From positions 72,790,001-72,854,000 of the forward strand of contig NC_087436.1 of assembly GCF_036321535.1 (NCBI RefSeq): a stretch of 64,000 bases of DNA. The letters are read 5' to 3'. Of this stretch, positions 51,621 to 64,000 are shown piece by piece. Source of the DNA: Camelus dromedarius (taxonomy: Eukaryota). Both the position numbers and the translations under genes were made by a program. Within the stretch, counting starts at the first letter, position 1; each line of letters opens with the position of its first letter. The notes below the pieces were generated by a model. It was not told where the DNA came from and did not search any database. It saw nothing but the letters and a program-made list of their open reading frames with translations.

Positions 51621-53033
51621 ATGCTCTGCAGCAGTGAAGCACATGTTGTAGAAAGGAGAGTATTTATCAAAGCGCTAATAGATTTTTAATTTAAAAAAAG
51701 CCCTAAGATCAAACAGTTTGGGAAACACCAAGTTTAACCTGATTAAACAACTTGTTTTATCTAAGGAGGTAGAGCACAGTTTTGATCAAGCTTAACCACA
51801 GGGCTCCATTTCAATATCTAGCTCAGTGCCCTAGTTTTACTAGAATGAAGTTTGGGAAATTTTGTTGCATAAAAGATTAATAATACAGGAAATAGTTAAT
51901 GACATTGCTAAGTGAAAAAAACAGTTTATAGTTTATATATTTCTGTTCTTTAAAGTTACGTCTAGTGAATAATTTTACCTCTCTATCATCTTGTTTTCAT
52001 TTTTCAAACTCCCTCAATAAATTCCAACTACTACACATTATTTCTACAATCAGAAAAACACAATACTTTTTCCCGGTTGCTTTCTGTGTACTTGTGTGGA
52101 GTGAATGGAAGGAAGAGTGTTAAGCTCTCCTGCTCTGTAATAAGTAACAGATCTGCATTCCTGCAAATTACCCACCTGGATAACATGACCCTTCTCAGGT
52201 TGCCTCACAGTTCAAGAAAATACTCTGTTGGCTTTAAAACCTGCTGACTGAGCACATGACAAGTGGGGAAAGAGGGCACATGAAGAAGTAAGGGGAGGGG
52301 CCCAGATCAGACTGGGGGAGGGTTCTGAGGAGAAGATAGAAACTCAACGGTTTAAGGATAATCTAAAGAACCCCTCCCATGAGTTCCAACGGGACAAGCT
52401 CCTAGTGAGTGTGTGCTCTTCCAGTTCCTTCAAAATAATAAACATGCATTAAAGGATAAAGTAAAGAAAATTAAAATCACCAGAATATTATTCCTTTACA
52501 TGTATTTCAAAGTATAAAGTTGCAATTAGGTCAAAAATATTTTGCCACAAAAAAACAGCAATTATTTGTAATTTATTTTGACAAAGATTGCTTTTCTAGG
52601 CTTTTTTGGTGAGTGCAAAAAGAAAAATATCAATTATCAAATCATTTTTCTCTGAGGGACATTAGAAACTGGAATGGGATAAGAGAATTATATGGAAATA
52701 ATATATGAATATCAATTTCCTCATTTTGATAGTGGTCTTGTGGTGATATTTTTAAGAACTACCCACTAACATATTTGGGCATGATGGGACATTAGTTTGG
52801 AAATGTCTTCTCAAAAGGTTCAGTATTTTCCTTGCAGTTTTTCTGTAAGTTTGTGAGGATTTCAAAATATAAAATCTGAACTTTTTAAATGATGGTAAAG
52901 GAAACAAATATACTAAATTTCACTCTTCACTATTTTATTCCTCTCTCTAAACTGCATTGCTGTGGAAAGGCATTCTCTCAATATAGTTCTTCCTAATGAG
53001 CCCTTGATAGCATCTGTATTTCTACTTGGAGGC

Positions 53034-53065
53034 TGAAAATAGTTTATTTAAATAAACTATTTTCA
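53034..53065. repeat. Perfect 32-bp palindrome
   Basis: tgaaaatagtttatttaaataaactattttca equals its own reverse complement. Confidence 0.97.
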
Positions 53066-53409
53066 CCAATAAAAATATTGAATACTCAAAAAATAGTGAA
53101 GACGACTTTATATTTTTAATATTTCCTTCGTATTTTCCAAGACATTTCACATACCTTACATCACAGGGTTCTCATCAGATCAGCAGGCAACTTGGAGGAA
53201 CTGAGAAGGACAGGCTGCAGACAGATTAGAGACGATGTGGACTGTGATTCCAGCCCCGTCAGTTCTAGCCATGGGACCTGGGGAACATTAACCCAGGTCT
53301 CTGCCCCTCTGCTCCATTGTCTGAACCTCCTTCATAGTAAATTTACTGTTTACAAAAATTACGCCTCCAATTTTGAAGATTTAATGAGGTATAAATCATA
53401 ACCCAGGAT

Positions 53410-53620
53410 CATCCATTCGTTCAGCGGACAGTCATAGTGCACCTGCCAACTTCCAGGCACAGGTGGTTTAGCCGTGACCCACAGGTACAGTCCCTGCTGT
53501 CACAGATTTCACAGTCTGGTGGAAGCGGAGACAGAGAGGACAATCAAACGGTGATGTCACAGAGTAACCGGGAGTAAGGTACAGTGTCTTTAGGTAAATC
53601 CAGTCACAGGAGGCTTCTCC
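53410..53620 (-). mobile_element. L2 3' end
   Basis: catccattcgttcagcggaca...ccaggcacagg...cagtccctgctgtcacagatttcacagtctggtgg. Confidence 0.75.
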
Positions 53621-53839
53621 CAGAAGAGCGGAAACTTCAGCAATGTGAAGCATCCCTGCTAAGATCTGGACAAACTCTGCTCCATAGTCACCCACCAAAG
53701 ACAGCCCTCAGAGGGGCAAGACTGCTCTGTGGAAATACAGCACTGCCTACCACGGGGCCAGTGCCCTGTGATCCCCGTGACAGGCCTCAGGGGTTGTGAG
53801 ACACCACAACCTGCCTGTGAAGCCAGGCTTCTCCCGTAT

Positions 53840-54275
53840 AGAAAGGTGGTTAATCATGAGGCGTCGGCTCACTCAACTCTGGAGGTAAAGAAGTCCCTCA
53901 GTCTGCTGCCTACAAGCTGAAGACTCCAAAACACAGTGGTATAATTCAGTCTGAGTCTGAAGGCCTGGGAATCAACGAAGACGGTGATGTGAATCTCAGT
54001 CTGAGATGACGTCCCAGCTCAACAGTGAGGCAGGATAAAAGGGGGCAAATTCCTCCTTCCTCCACTTTTTGTTTCATTCAGCCCCTCAATGAATTGGGTG
54101 ATGTCCACCCATGTTGAGGTGGAGGGGAATCTCCTGGGGGAGGGGGCGTTCTACTGAGTCCACCAGTTCAAATGCTGATCTCGTTTGGGAACATTCTCAC
54201 AGACACACCCAGAAAAAGTGTTTAATCTGGGCACCCAATGACCCACTCAAGTGGACATGTAAAATAAACCATCAT
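53840..54275 (-). mobile_element. MLT2 (ERVL) LTR
   Basis: ctactgagtccaccagttcaaatgctgatctc...ctcacagacacacccagaaa...tcaagtggacatgtaaaataaaccatca. Confidence 0.9.
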
Positions 54276-54431
54276 GTCCCTCGAAACCTGTTCTTGTGGA
54301 ACATGCCTGGAGAAACCATATCAGGATGAACACATGTGCCCTATGCACCCCACCCTCTAACTCAAAGAGAAGAGATTCGGCCAAAGCACCCCCTAGGCTT
54401 CTTGGGGGTATTTTTACAGCTGGTTTAGTAT

Positions 54432-54458
54432 TGTGTGTGTGTGTGTGTGTGTGTGTGT
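54432..54458. repeat. (TG)n microsatellite
   Basis: Seen directly. Confidence 0.95.
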
Positions 54459-55364
54459 ACTACGGGATTTTTTATTTCATATCATATTTTATGAGAATAT
54501 TACTCCTGAAAACAGCTCTTCCCTGTTTTCCTAATTCAAACATTACACTCCCATTTAAAGACTACATTAGGGCAATTATCCCCAAGTGTGATTAGGAGCT
54601 AAAAAAAGAGCAAATGAAGCCCTTGTGGCAACATATAGGCAGACTACATTACCCTTGAATCGCCCTGATTCATGTAAGAAGCAAGACAGTAAAGAGAAGA
54701 GAAGTTATTCCAACTCTAAAACCTCCAACTGCCTATCCTAACAGTCGTGGATTATCCACAATCCGTGGACTATTGGTTTTATTGCCGTTTATTTTGAATG
54801 TTCACATCCAGAGCATTTTTATCGCTTGATTAATGCTTCAAAATTGCTTAATTAAAGAAGTTTTCATGACTCAAAAATGGAAAACTCCTGAATTAGAAAG
54901 CCTCATTTGCATTTTATGTGTCTGTCTCTTGGTGCTGTAAATGATTTCTCAAGTCGACATTAACATTCCAAGCTTAGACTGCTCTCAGAGAATTCTGAAA
55001 TGCTTTCTATATTTGGTAGAACTGCTTCAGAGACCAAAATATGCCCATTTAATTTTAAGAAAACATACCATGCTTTACATGTAATTCTAGCTCCCTTTTC
55101 CCTTTAGATTTTTCTTCCACAGGAAAAAAAAATGTTCTCCAACTATTGTTGACAAAGGCCATTTGGCCTCTGACCAAAAAAATCTCCCAAAGATTTGTGG
55201 CTTCCTAGGAAAATGAGGCATCAGTCACAGACAGCGTGGTTCAGAAAGCTGGGCACACAGATCACCCCCAAGATTCTTACCCTCTCCCTCCCCATTGATC
55301 TTCATTCTTAAGAAGCATTCAAGGACACAGCAGTGTCAGGTAAATATTCCAAAATTAACTAAAT

Positions 55365-55772
55365 GTGCAAAGATTGCTAATTTTCTCCCAATATCATCCC
55401 CTGCTTCTTCTTTTTTGCTCCTTAGTACTGGCTGAGTGAAAGTCTGCCCATCTGTAGGCAACATCTCCCATCGAAGTGGGGTCCTGTAGCCACGTGCTGA
55501 GTGCAGATTATTCCTCCAAGGAACCTGCGTGCCTCCACTACCCTTTATTATGGTCTTTGGACATAACAGCTTTGACCACGCAGATGAAGACAAATTCCTC
55601 AGGGGTAGTAAAGCCATGATATAAAGAATCCCAGCCCCTTGAATGACATCATGGAGCAAAGCCACCTACTTCTGGGGTGTTACAGGAGAGAAAATAAACC
55701 TCTGTTTTGTCTGAGCCACTGTATTGTTGAGTTTCTTTTTGACAGGAGTTCAATTTTTGTCCCGACTAACAC
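55365..55772 (+). mobile_element. Old MLT1 LTR
   Basis: ccttgaatgacatcatggagca...gagagaaaataaacctctgttttgtctgagccactgtatt...actaaca. Confidence 0.7.
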
Positions 55773-56307
55773 CTAAGCAGCTAATTCAACATATATTCCA
55801 CCACATGCGTTCTTCGTGCCACTGTAATATGCTCCGTGGGGAATAAAAAAAAGACAAAGCTTGGTTCTTGCCCTCAAGAAGCTTAAAAACTAGTAGAAAA
55901 AGATATGGACAGAAGGGACTACAAAGCAAGGGAGGGCACACCAGTTCCTCGGGGAAGGAAGGGAGCTCTGTGTCCTACCAGCTTCTCACACTGACACCCA
56001 TGGCATTTCCTGATCACCCAGATATGGAATCGTGAGCTCTCCTTCCCCTAAAATAAGAACAGTGAAGTATATTTTCACTCCTATTTCCTGCCTGTTTCGT
56101 ATTCTTTCTTCCACCACCAGGTACCCACTCTTCATGTTGCTACGAGCCTCCCTTGCAAAGCCCCATCAGTTTTGGATGGTACCCTATGTCCACTTTCCCA
56201 TCAAAATATGTGTGTCCAGCATCCTTGGTCCTCAGGATCCTATTGCCTGGATGGCTTTGAAGTCAGTTTGAGCTCAAGTGTTAAAGGGGTAGTGAGTTGC
56301 TTCTTCT

Positions 56308-56540
56308 CTAATAACAATAGCTAATTTATAAACATTTACTATGTACCAGGTACTATTCTAAGTTCTTTATATGTAACTCCATAAGATTCCCATGAGGAAG
56401 GTACTGTTAGTAAGGAAACTGAGGCTCAGAGAGGTTCAGCAACTTACCTAAACTCACAGCAAGTAAGTGGTCCACCTTTGAATCCAGGTAGTCTGATTCC
56501 TGAGCTTCTAGACCCTGTGCCCTTAACCACCATGTTGCAC
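56308..56540 (-). mobile_element. MIR SINE
   Basis: aataacaatagctaa...tactatgtaccaggtactattctaag...aggaaactgaggctcagagaggtt. Confidence 0.9.
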
Positions 56541-56968
56541 AACTTTCAGCATTTAATCTTTCACCTTTGGAAAATAAGAGCTTTGAGTGCTAAGTGATGT
56601 GATCACAAAAGTTGAAGGTGCTTTGGCAGGACCATGAGGAAGGAGAATTTGGAGTAAAAAAAAAAAATCCCCACATCAGACCTTATAGACAAGAACCTAC
56701 CAATTTTGTGTCAAATAAGCCCACTGCCCTCTTCATGAGATTAAATGAAGACTCCTAAGAAGATAAAAGATAGCTTCTGTTATCTCAAGGGCTTACTACC
56801 TGAAAGACATCTGCAGCATTTCCGTCTGTTCTGTGACGGTTGGTGATTCTTTTGGGAATGAGTGGGCGCCTATAAACAGGAAGAGAATCTATCTGGGTAC
56901 GGTTCTACAGGACGGCAGTATTTCCCCAAGTGAGGAGTGCTGTGTTCACCTCCTCTTCACTCCGCCGG

Positions 56969-57414
56969 TGAGGGAAGGATCCCCTCCGAGGATTATGGAG
57001 ATAGCTGGATGCAGGACATAGGACACTGGAGAGAAGAGATCACAGCAGCTTACTAGTCACATATTCTCAGCCTGGGGGAGGAGAACGCAGCACGCAAACC
57101 TGGAGCTGTTCACCTGGGAACAGAGTGAACCAGCAGGGCTTGTGGGAGGCCGTAGCAAGAGGGCAAGATTCCTGCGGAAGATGTGATTGGCTCACTTTCA
57201 TAATCCCAGAGGCAGGCAGGGAACTGAAGCCTGCCAGTGAGGCATAAGCAGGCCCTGTGCCTCGTCACTGTGACTTGGAGGGTGGTTTGGCCAGGGGACT
57301 TTATCCACAGAGTGAGGGGCCAGGTAGCTTTTGGTCAGACCATTCAATCCCTCCCACTTTCAAATGTCGAAGCAGCACATGACAGGAAACCTCAATTTCC
57401 GACCTTAGACCACA
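56969..57414 (-). mobile_element. MER76-like ERVL solo LTR
   Basis: Reverse complement begins tgtggtctaaggtcggaaattgagg...atgtgctgcttcgacat. Confidence 0.7.
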
Positions 57415-58304
57415 AGAAGGGAGGGGCGCCACGGTGGGTAGTGAGACGGCTCAGATGCAGGTGGCTTAGACACAGTCTCATAATCACACTGAATCTTCGG
57501 GTGAGAAAGCTGCTCCCTTCTCAGGTCTCATTCCATCTCAGAGTTTGTCAGGGAGGAAATCTGGACTTAGTGCCAATGTGCCTTTACCACCTCTCTCGCA
57601 CTTGCTAATTTCTCTTTCCGACAATAGCCAGGCAACCCCCTACCTGTTCCTTGGGCAGCTAACACTGTCCAGCCAGCAGTAAGAAATGCCATCGTCTTTT
57701 CATTGCATTCATTTGTTGTTTACCTTCCACTTCTAGTGGGTGAAACTGATTTTCCAGTGATGCCACAGAGGTGCCTTTTAAAATAAATATAAATTAAAAA
57801 TGCAAGTATTAAAGGAATTTTGAATAAATGATACTATAGACAACAGTACACACAGAAGTAGTATCATTAAACAAAGAAATTATTAACATTTGGAAACTAC
57901 TTCTGTAAGGGATATGAATTTCCTGGTTCATCCACTCTGGATGGAGAGCTAACAACACTTAATATTAATTGAATTCATCAAGGCTGGGTAATAACAATGA
58001 TCTGAGGAAGTTCTTTTAAATTCCAGACACTTGAAGAATGAAAACCACACAAAAAAAGTTTAGTTGCAAGGACTAGAACCCCCACTATGGATCAATTATA
58101 TACAGTTTTCCAACGAGCAAATAAACACAGCAGTTCAAGTAATGATATTAACTGATGGTAACATCCCAGGATAGAAATGAAGACTAATGTGGAGTAACAG
58201 AGGTCATGTCTCTCTGGCTCTAATCCTGTTGGCCTTAAGGCTACACTCTTACTTCTTTGTCATATGTTTTATGCACTCTTTTCCTTGTTTCTGAAATGCC
58301 ATTG

Positions 58305-58500
58305 CACAGTACACAGAAAAGCAGAACTTTGCAGTGAGACAGACCTGGGTTCAAATTCTGACTCTGCTACCCTCTTGTTGAGTGACTTGGGCAAATTACT
58401 TAGTCTCTCTGCACACAACTTCCTCATCTATAAAGTGAAGATTATTTGAAAAGATGTTAGAATTAATTCTTGAAAAGGGTCTAAAAGGGTGCCAAGTCCC
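58305..58500 (+). mobile_element. MIR SINE
   Basis: agacagacctgggttcaaattctgactctgc...gtgacttgggcaaattactt. Confidence 0.9.
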
Positions 58501-58945
58501 TGAGAGCTGGCAAATGCAGACAGTTGGCAAATGCTCACAGTTTGGGATTAAAACATATTGCTTCTCTGCCTGGAGTTCATATGACATCAAGTGTTTCATC
58601 CTCTATATTTCTCTTATTTGCTGTTGCAGAAACCTAACATCCAAAGACCATGTAAAAAGGCATCTCCTCCTTTTCCAATGCTTCCCAGCGAAATGCCTCT
58701 TAGAAGAATGCCTGCTCCAGGCAATGAGAAGGGTTCTGTCAACCAGCCTTTTTAAAGATAAGTCTCTCTCATGGGTTTTTTTATCCAGTACAAGCAAGGT
58801 GCCCAGAGCTAGAAGCCTCTGAAGGGCCCACAAAAAGGCTTGAGACTGGGAAAAACATATTGATACCAACACACAGAAATAAAAATCTGACTAAATCAAA
58901 ATTGATAAAAGTTTATATGAAAAGCTACAAAATGTAACATTATAC

Positions 58946-60056
58946 TGTAGTGGGCTAAATGATGGCCTCCAAAACATGAGGTCCTATATATCCAGGGGAA
59001 ACTCTAATTCAAAAAGATACATGCACCCCAATGTTCACAGCGGTGCTATTTACAACAGCCAAGACATGGAAACAACCCAAATGTCCATCAACAGATAAAT
59101 GGATAAAGAAGATGTGGTATATATATGTACGTATGTATATATATATACACACACACACACACACAATGGAATACCATCAGCCATAAAAAAGAATGAAATA
59201 AGTCATTTGCAGCAACATGGATGGGCCTGAATATTGTCATACTAAGTGAAATAAACTAGAAAGAGAAAGAAAAATACCATATGATATCAATTATATGTGG
59301 AATTTTAAAAAATGACACAAATGAACTTATTTACAAAACAGAAACAGACTCACAGACATAGGAAACAAACATGGTTATCGAGGGGAAAGAGGGTGGGGAG
59401 GGATAAACTGGGAGTTTGAGATTTGCAGATACTAACTACTGTATATAAAATAGACAAACAATTCTACTGTATAGCAGATGGAACTATATTCAATACCTTA
59501 CAATAACCTATAATGAAAAAGAATATGAAAAATATATATAAACTGAATCACTATGCTGTACACCAGAAATTAACACATTATAAATTGATCACATTAAAAT
59601 AAAAAAGTAAATTAAAAAAAATCAAGTCTTAATCTCTAAAAGTCTACAAATGTTAGCTTATTTAGAAAAAGGATCTTTGCCAATATAATTAAGTTAAGGA
59701 TTTTGAGATGATGAGATAACCCTGGATTATCTGGGTGGGCCCTAAATGTCATCATTTGTGTCCTTATAAGAGATAGATAAGAGATTATACACCCAGAGAA
59801 GAAAGCAAAGTGCAAATGGAAGCAAAGATTGGAGTAACGTGGCAAGCCAAGGAGTTCGGGCAGCCTGCAGAACTTGGAAGAGGCAAGGAACAGATTCTTA
59901 CCTAGAGTCTACAAAAGGGAGCATGACTCTGTCAACACCTTGATTTTAACCCAATGAAACAGACTTTGAACTTCTGGCCTTAGCAACTGTGAGATAATAC
60001 ATTTCTCTTGTCTGTAACCATCCAGTTTGCGGTGGCAGCTACAGGAAACTAATACA
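58946..60056 (+). mobile_element. MLT1(B-D) solo LTR split by a young L1
   Basis: TG...ggaaactaataCA; TSD tatac (58941-58945) / tatgc (60057-60061); attaagttaaggattttgagatg. Confidence 0.9.
58986..59620 (+). mobile_element. Young 5'-truncated L1
   Basis: ORF2 end, 3' UTR and A tail; degenerate TSD aaaacatgaggtccta / aaaaaatcaagtctta. Confidence 0.95.
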
Positions 60057-63000
60057 TATGCCAACTTGTCACACACACCCCTTTCTCATATAAACTATAA
60101 TAAGGTGTATATCATAAGACTATAAATTATTAACAGCCTTCAACTTTATAAAAGTCCTTTCATGAATTTTATAGCCCAAAATGATATGTCATATGCAAAG
60201 CTGGTATATTTTCACATATTTGTAGGATGAAGAATGGAGCCTCCAAAAATAAGAGTTCCTAAGAATGTAAGCATCTGAAGATGTTCCTGGCTTTGTGGGG
60301 TCCTGAGATACTCCGTAATTACTCCAAAATGCTCCAGTGACATTTTCCAGGATAAATCATTGGGATTAAAGTCTAATTTACTGCTTAACCACAGATCTCT
60401 TGTGGTCCCTCTCAAATACAAAAATAGGGAGATTAAGCACATGGCTAGAGAAAAAATAAGTGTACTTTTGACAAGAATAATGTTTTTGCCCAGCCTTACT
60501 TTTAATTATCATTTTTATAAAGTCCAAATTGTGAGATGCATTTACATAATTACCATTAGAACAGTCCAGGCTTTGTCTGCAATTCAGAACGTGTGTTTGC
60601 TTTCTGCAAGCTGTTGTTCTCTGAGAAACCTTGAAGATTGGAAAATTTAATTATTTCCCTGACACAATTAGAAAATAAAATAAAATAACTGAACACAAAA
60701 GGCAGAGTGATGTTGGGCAGAATGTCCTGGAGGAGCAGTCTGTGAGCTTGGGTGTACTTAGCTGTGCAGGCTCCGCACAGACTCACCTGCCTGAACACTG
60801 CCTTCATCTGTAAACCAAGGGGCTAGCCTGACTTTTAAAGATACCTTTATCCTCCTAAAATGTCAAAATCAGTTTGACATCATCTCTGGCTGGTGATAAT
60901 GGATGATTTTTCCCTGTCTGATACTTTTTTGTACAATTTGAAATTTTTGACAGTGAGCAATATTTCACTTCAAAATCATAAAACAATAGAAATAAAGGGG
61001 GTACCTTAAATTGCATTCAATACGTATTTATGTTCAAAATGGGAGCCTGGACTCTGGTTTCTTTGCTTCGGTGCTTACTGATTATGAAAGTGGTATTCTT
61101 TGCATTGCCTGAGTCCCAGTCCTGGTCCAAGATTCACTAATGAAGAGCCTGAGGTACAAAGGGAGTTCCCCTCTTCACTCTGTATGACTCCTTCCCAGAG
61201 TCATTAGGGTCGCAAAGGGCACCTTATGTTATGGCTTGTTAAGGCACACTCTGAGCAAGTCAGCCCTGGAAGAGAGTTTCTGATATAACCTGCCATTTAT
61301 ATAGCAACGTCTTTTTAGCTGAGATGAATTTAATTCTTAGTCTCCCTTTGATTTGTAGGATGGCCCAAGGAAACTTATTTTGACCCAAGATGAATTCTAA
61401 GTAACTATAAATCTTTATTATTCTTATCAAGCTGTTGCATGTGTTCTCTTATTCAGGCAGAGACTAATCCACAAGGTTTGGCAGCTTACATATGGAGAAA
61501 TATCATTTAGCTTTCTGAAGAGTTTCAGTTTTATCATCACAAGCACCATTAGGTTCACCCTGAATATAATTAAGGTGAGGCTCACCCAGCTGATAATTCA
61601 AAATCCACAGACTCGGCTCTGTGTCCCTTCTCTTTTTCTCCCTCTCACTTACTCGGGTAGTTGTGAAACAGAACCACCCCCCCCAAACTTCTTCAGAAAG
61701 TTGTCACAGATCATTGTGGAAACTACTCCAAAAAATACTGTTGCCATGGGGATAGGTTCCTATCATATCTTTCTTTTCAACTAAAGCCTGACTGGAATAT
61801 TTTTATCCATGGATGGTAAAATCTGTTTATTAAAAGTTGTTATTAATTTGTGCAAACAAGTTTCTGTGGGTTGAAAGCAACTGTGAATCACACATATCCA
61901 TGTTGGCTAGAATTTTGTTTCGAATCTGAGCTTCTAGATCTTTTCACCATGAGAGTTATTTCCTTCCAGAGCTAATTACTAAAGGAATCAAGTCGGGGTG
62001 AGAAGAGAAACAGTCAAACCAAGTGAGAAAAAAAAAAAGGAAAAAAAAGACAGATTAAGCATTTTTCTTGGGATCAGAGAAATCTCAATCATGTAACAAT
62101 TTTTTTTTTTAACCCTGCTTGGCGAAAAACCAATTTCACTGACTTAAGAGAGATGCTTAAGAAGAGAACTGGGTGTCTCAGGAAATCACGATTGCCCCTG
62201 GTACCCAGGTCCCACAGCTGTAAACGAGGCCTTGGAGCAGCTCGGTGGTTTCTACGTTGCACTTGGAGGAATCTGGAGGGTTCCAAGCATAGGACTTAGG
62301 GGCAGTCTGGACCTTCCCTCCTCTAGCTTTTATGTGTTTTATGTGTTATATATGTTAACTCACATGAGATTTTGCTGGAAAGAAGTAGAGTCTGGGGCAT
62401 AAGTGGGATTTTGTTTAAGAAGAGTTGAAAATGGGACTGTTAATGGTGGCTGTAATAATAAGGGGTACTGTATGGATGTATTGCCCCATGTTTTCTATCA
62501 GTATCCACCACTTCTAGTCCTCACAACAGCTCTGCAAGAGAAGAAATATTATTTCTGTTTTACAGACAAGATTAATGACCACACACAGTCCCTTCCTCCT
62601 CTCGTATTTTATTCAGAATGTCACAAGCTGTAAATGAGTGAATTACAGGGAAACCACTTCCATGGCCAGCACCTCTATTTCCCCACAGTTTCAGTATTTT
62701 TCCCAATTTGGAACTCCTTACATGCTTACTGCTTCTCTCTCTCAAGAAACAGGATACAGAGCATCAGTCCCTAGATTAACTCCCCTCACTAAGGGTGAAT
62801 CAGTGACCTAAGACAGACCCTGCATTCACAGACTCTTCTACTTACTCCTCATTCATTCACTCCAAAAAGCCCTCTCTAGAGCAGGCGCTGGATATGCAGC
62901 AGCAGTCAAAATAGAGGCATGCCCTGTTCTCGTGGGGTTTCTGACCTGTGCCCCTGGAGTACCACCCCCAGTCTTTTCAACAGCATATCAGACCCTTAAA

Positions 63001-63579
63001 GCTGACTTCCGAGAGCAAAACGGGCACTTCCAAAGGTTTCCTCAGTGCTTTTCCCAGCAGGCCCTTTGGTTCTCCTTGCAAAGATTTGCAACTATTGCAA
63101 CATTTACTGAGCCATGGATTGTGTGGTTCAGTCACCAAGCAGCGTTGCCCTCCAAAGCAGAGTTCAGAAGCAACACAGAGTTTTGAAGACTGATTTCTCA
63201 AATCATGGGAAGGGGGTACTGTTTCTTTGCACAACCCCTCTTCTCCCAGCAGCTTCTCTGACTTTTCTGCTCTGCTTCTCCTACCCACCCTCCCTGGAAA
63301 ACTCCTTCCTCAGCTCAGTCCCATCTCATCCCCCTTCTCCTGTCCTATGTCTTCTGGATTCTTTATGGCAAAGGCCAAAACAACCAGCTTAGCAAGGCAA
63401 GAACCTCCCCGGAGAGCAGGATAGGCAGGCAAGAGGGAGGGAAAGGCCAGGCACATCTGTGAGTTAATCATGTCACCACAACATGAAGGGACAGAAGGTT
63501 TCTGCCCACCTGCCCTAGTGGGATACATCCTGGGGAGAAGCATTCCCATCAGTCTCATCTACATTTTTTTCCTCCTGGG

Positions 63580-63880
63580 ATATAGACAGACAGATAGATA
63601 TGTAGATAGGTATTCATACATATGATATATATGGATGTAATAATATCCATCTATATCTATGTGATATATGGATATAATTGTATTATATTATTTTAATATT
63701 ATATTATATAGAATTAGTGTCACCTTTAGTTCCACGAAACATTCAACCAAGGTGGTCTTTCTTCTGCTAGTTGGTTGCATTTTATGAAGCATAGATCTAT
63801 ATATATAGAGAGAAAGAGAGAGAGAGAGAGGGAAAGAGAGAGGGAGAGAGGGAAAAAGAGAGAGGGAGAGAGAGAGATGT
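63580..63880. repeat. AT-rich low complexity plus (TA)n(GA)n
   Basis: Seen directly. Confidence 0.9.
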
Positions 63881-64000
63881 TTACCTATTCATTTATATAT
63901 CCCAGGAGGAGAAATATATGTTTATATTCAATATATTTTATCAAATATGTTAATAATGCTATAATTATCTATAGCCATATTTAAACACCTAAAATATATT

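Noticed and set aside
1..64000. CRISPR arrays, operons, tRNA/rRNA/snRNA copies, NUMTs, non-retroviral endogenous viral elements
   Set aside because: None recognised by eye; highly diverged copies cannot be excluded without a search

Overview
Mammalian genomic DNA: AT-rich, CpG-depleted and repeat-dense, with no recognisable protein-coding gene, tRNA/rRNA, CRISPR array or CpG island. A large share of the window is interspersed repeats: old and young LINE-1 fragments, L2, MIR, MaLR/ERVL/ERV1 solo LTRs, hAT and Tigger MITEs, and microsatellites. The young L1 3' UTRs look cetartiodactyl, and I saw no Alu, B1/B2, CAN, Bov-A/BovB/CHR or PRE1 SINEs, so a camelid genome is my best inference. The ORF track is explained by L1 ORF2 remnants and chance ORFs. 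I found no convincing new biological system. The best leads are: a perfect 32-bp palindrome; an L1 that appears both 5'-inverted and lacking its poly(A) end; clustered L1 5'-truncation points next to a G-quadruplex motif; a multi-layer LTR nest; two motif-dense candidate enhancers; and several well-bounded candidate exons. Repeat families were called from memory of consensus sequences. Boundaries are approximate unless a target-site duplication (TSD) is quoted.
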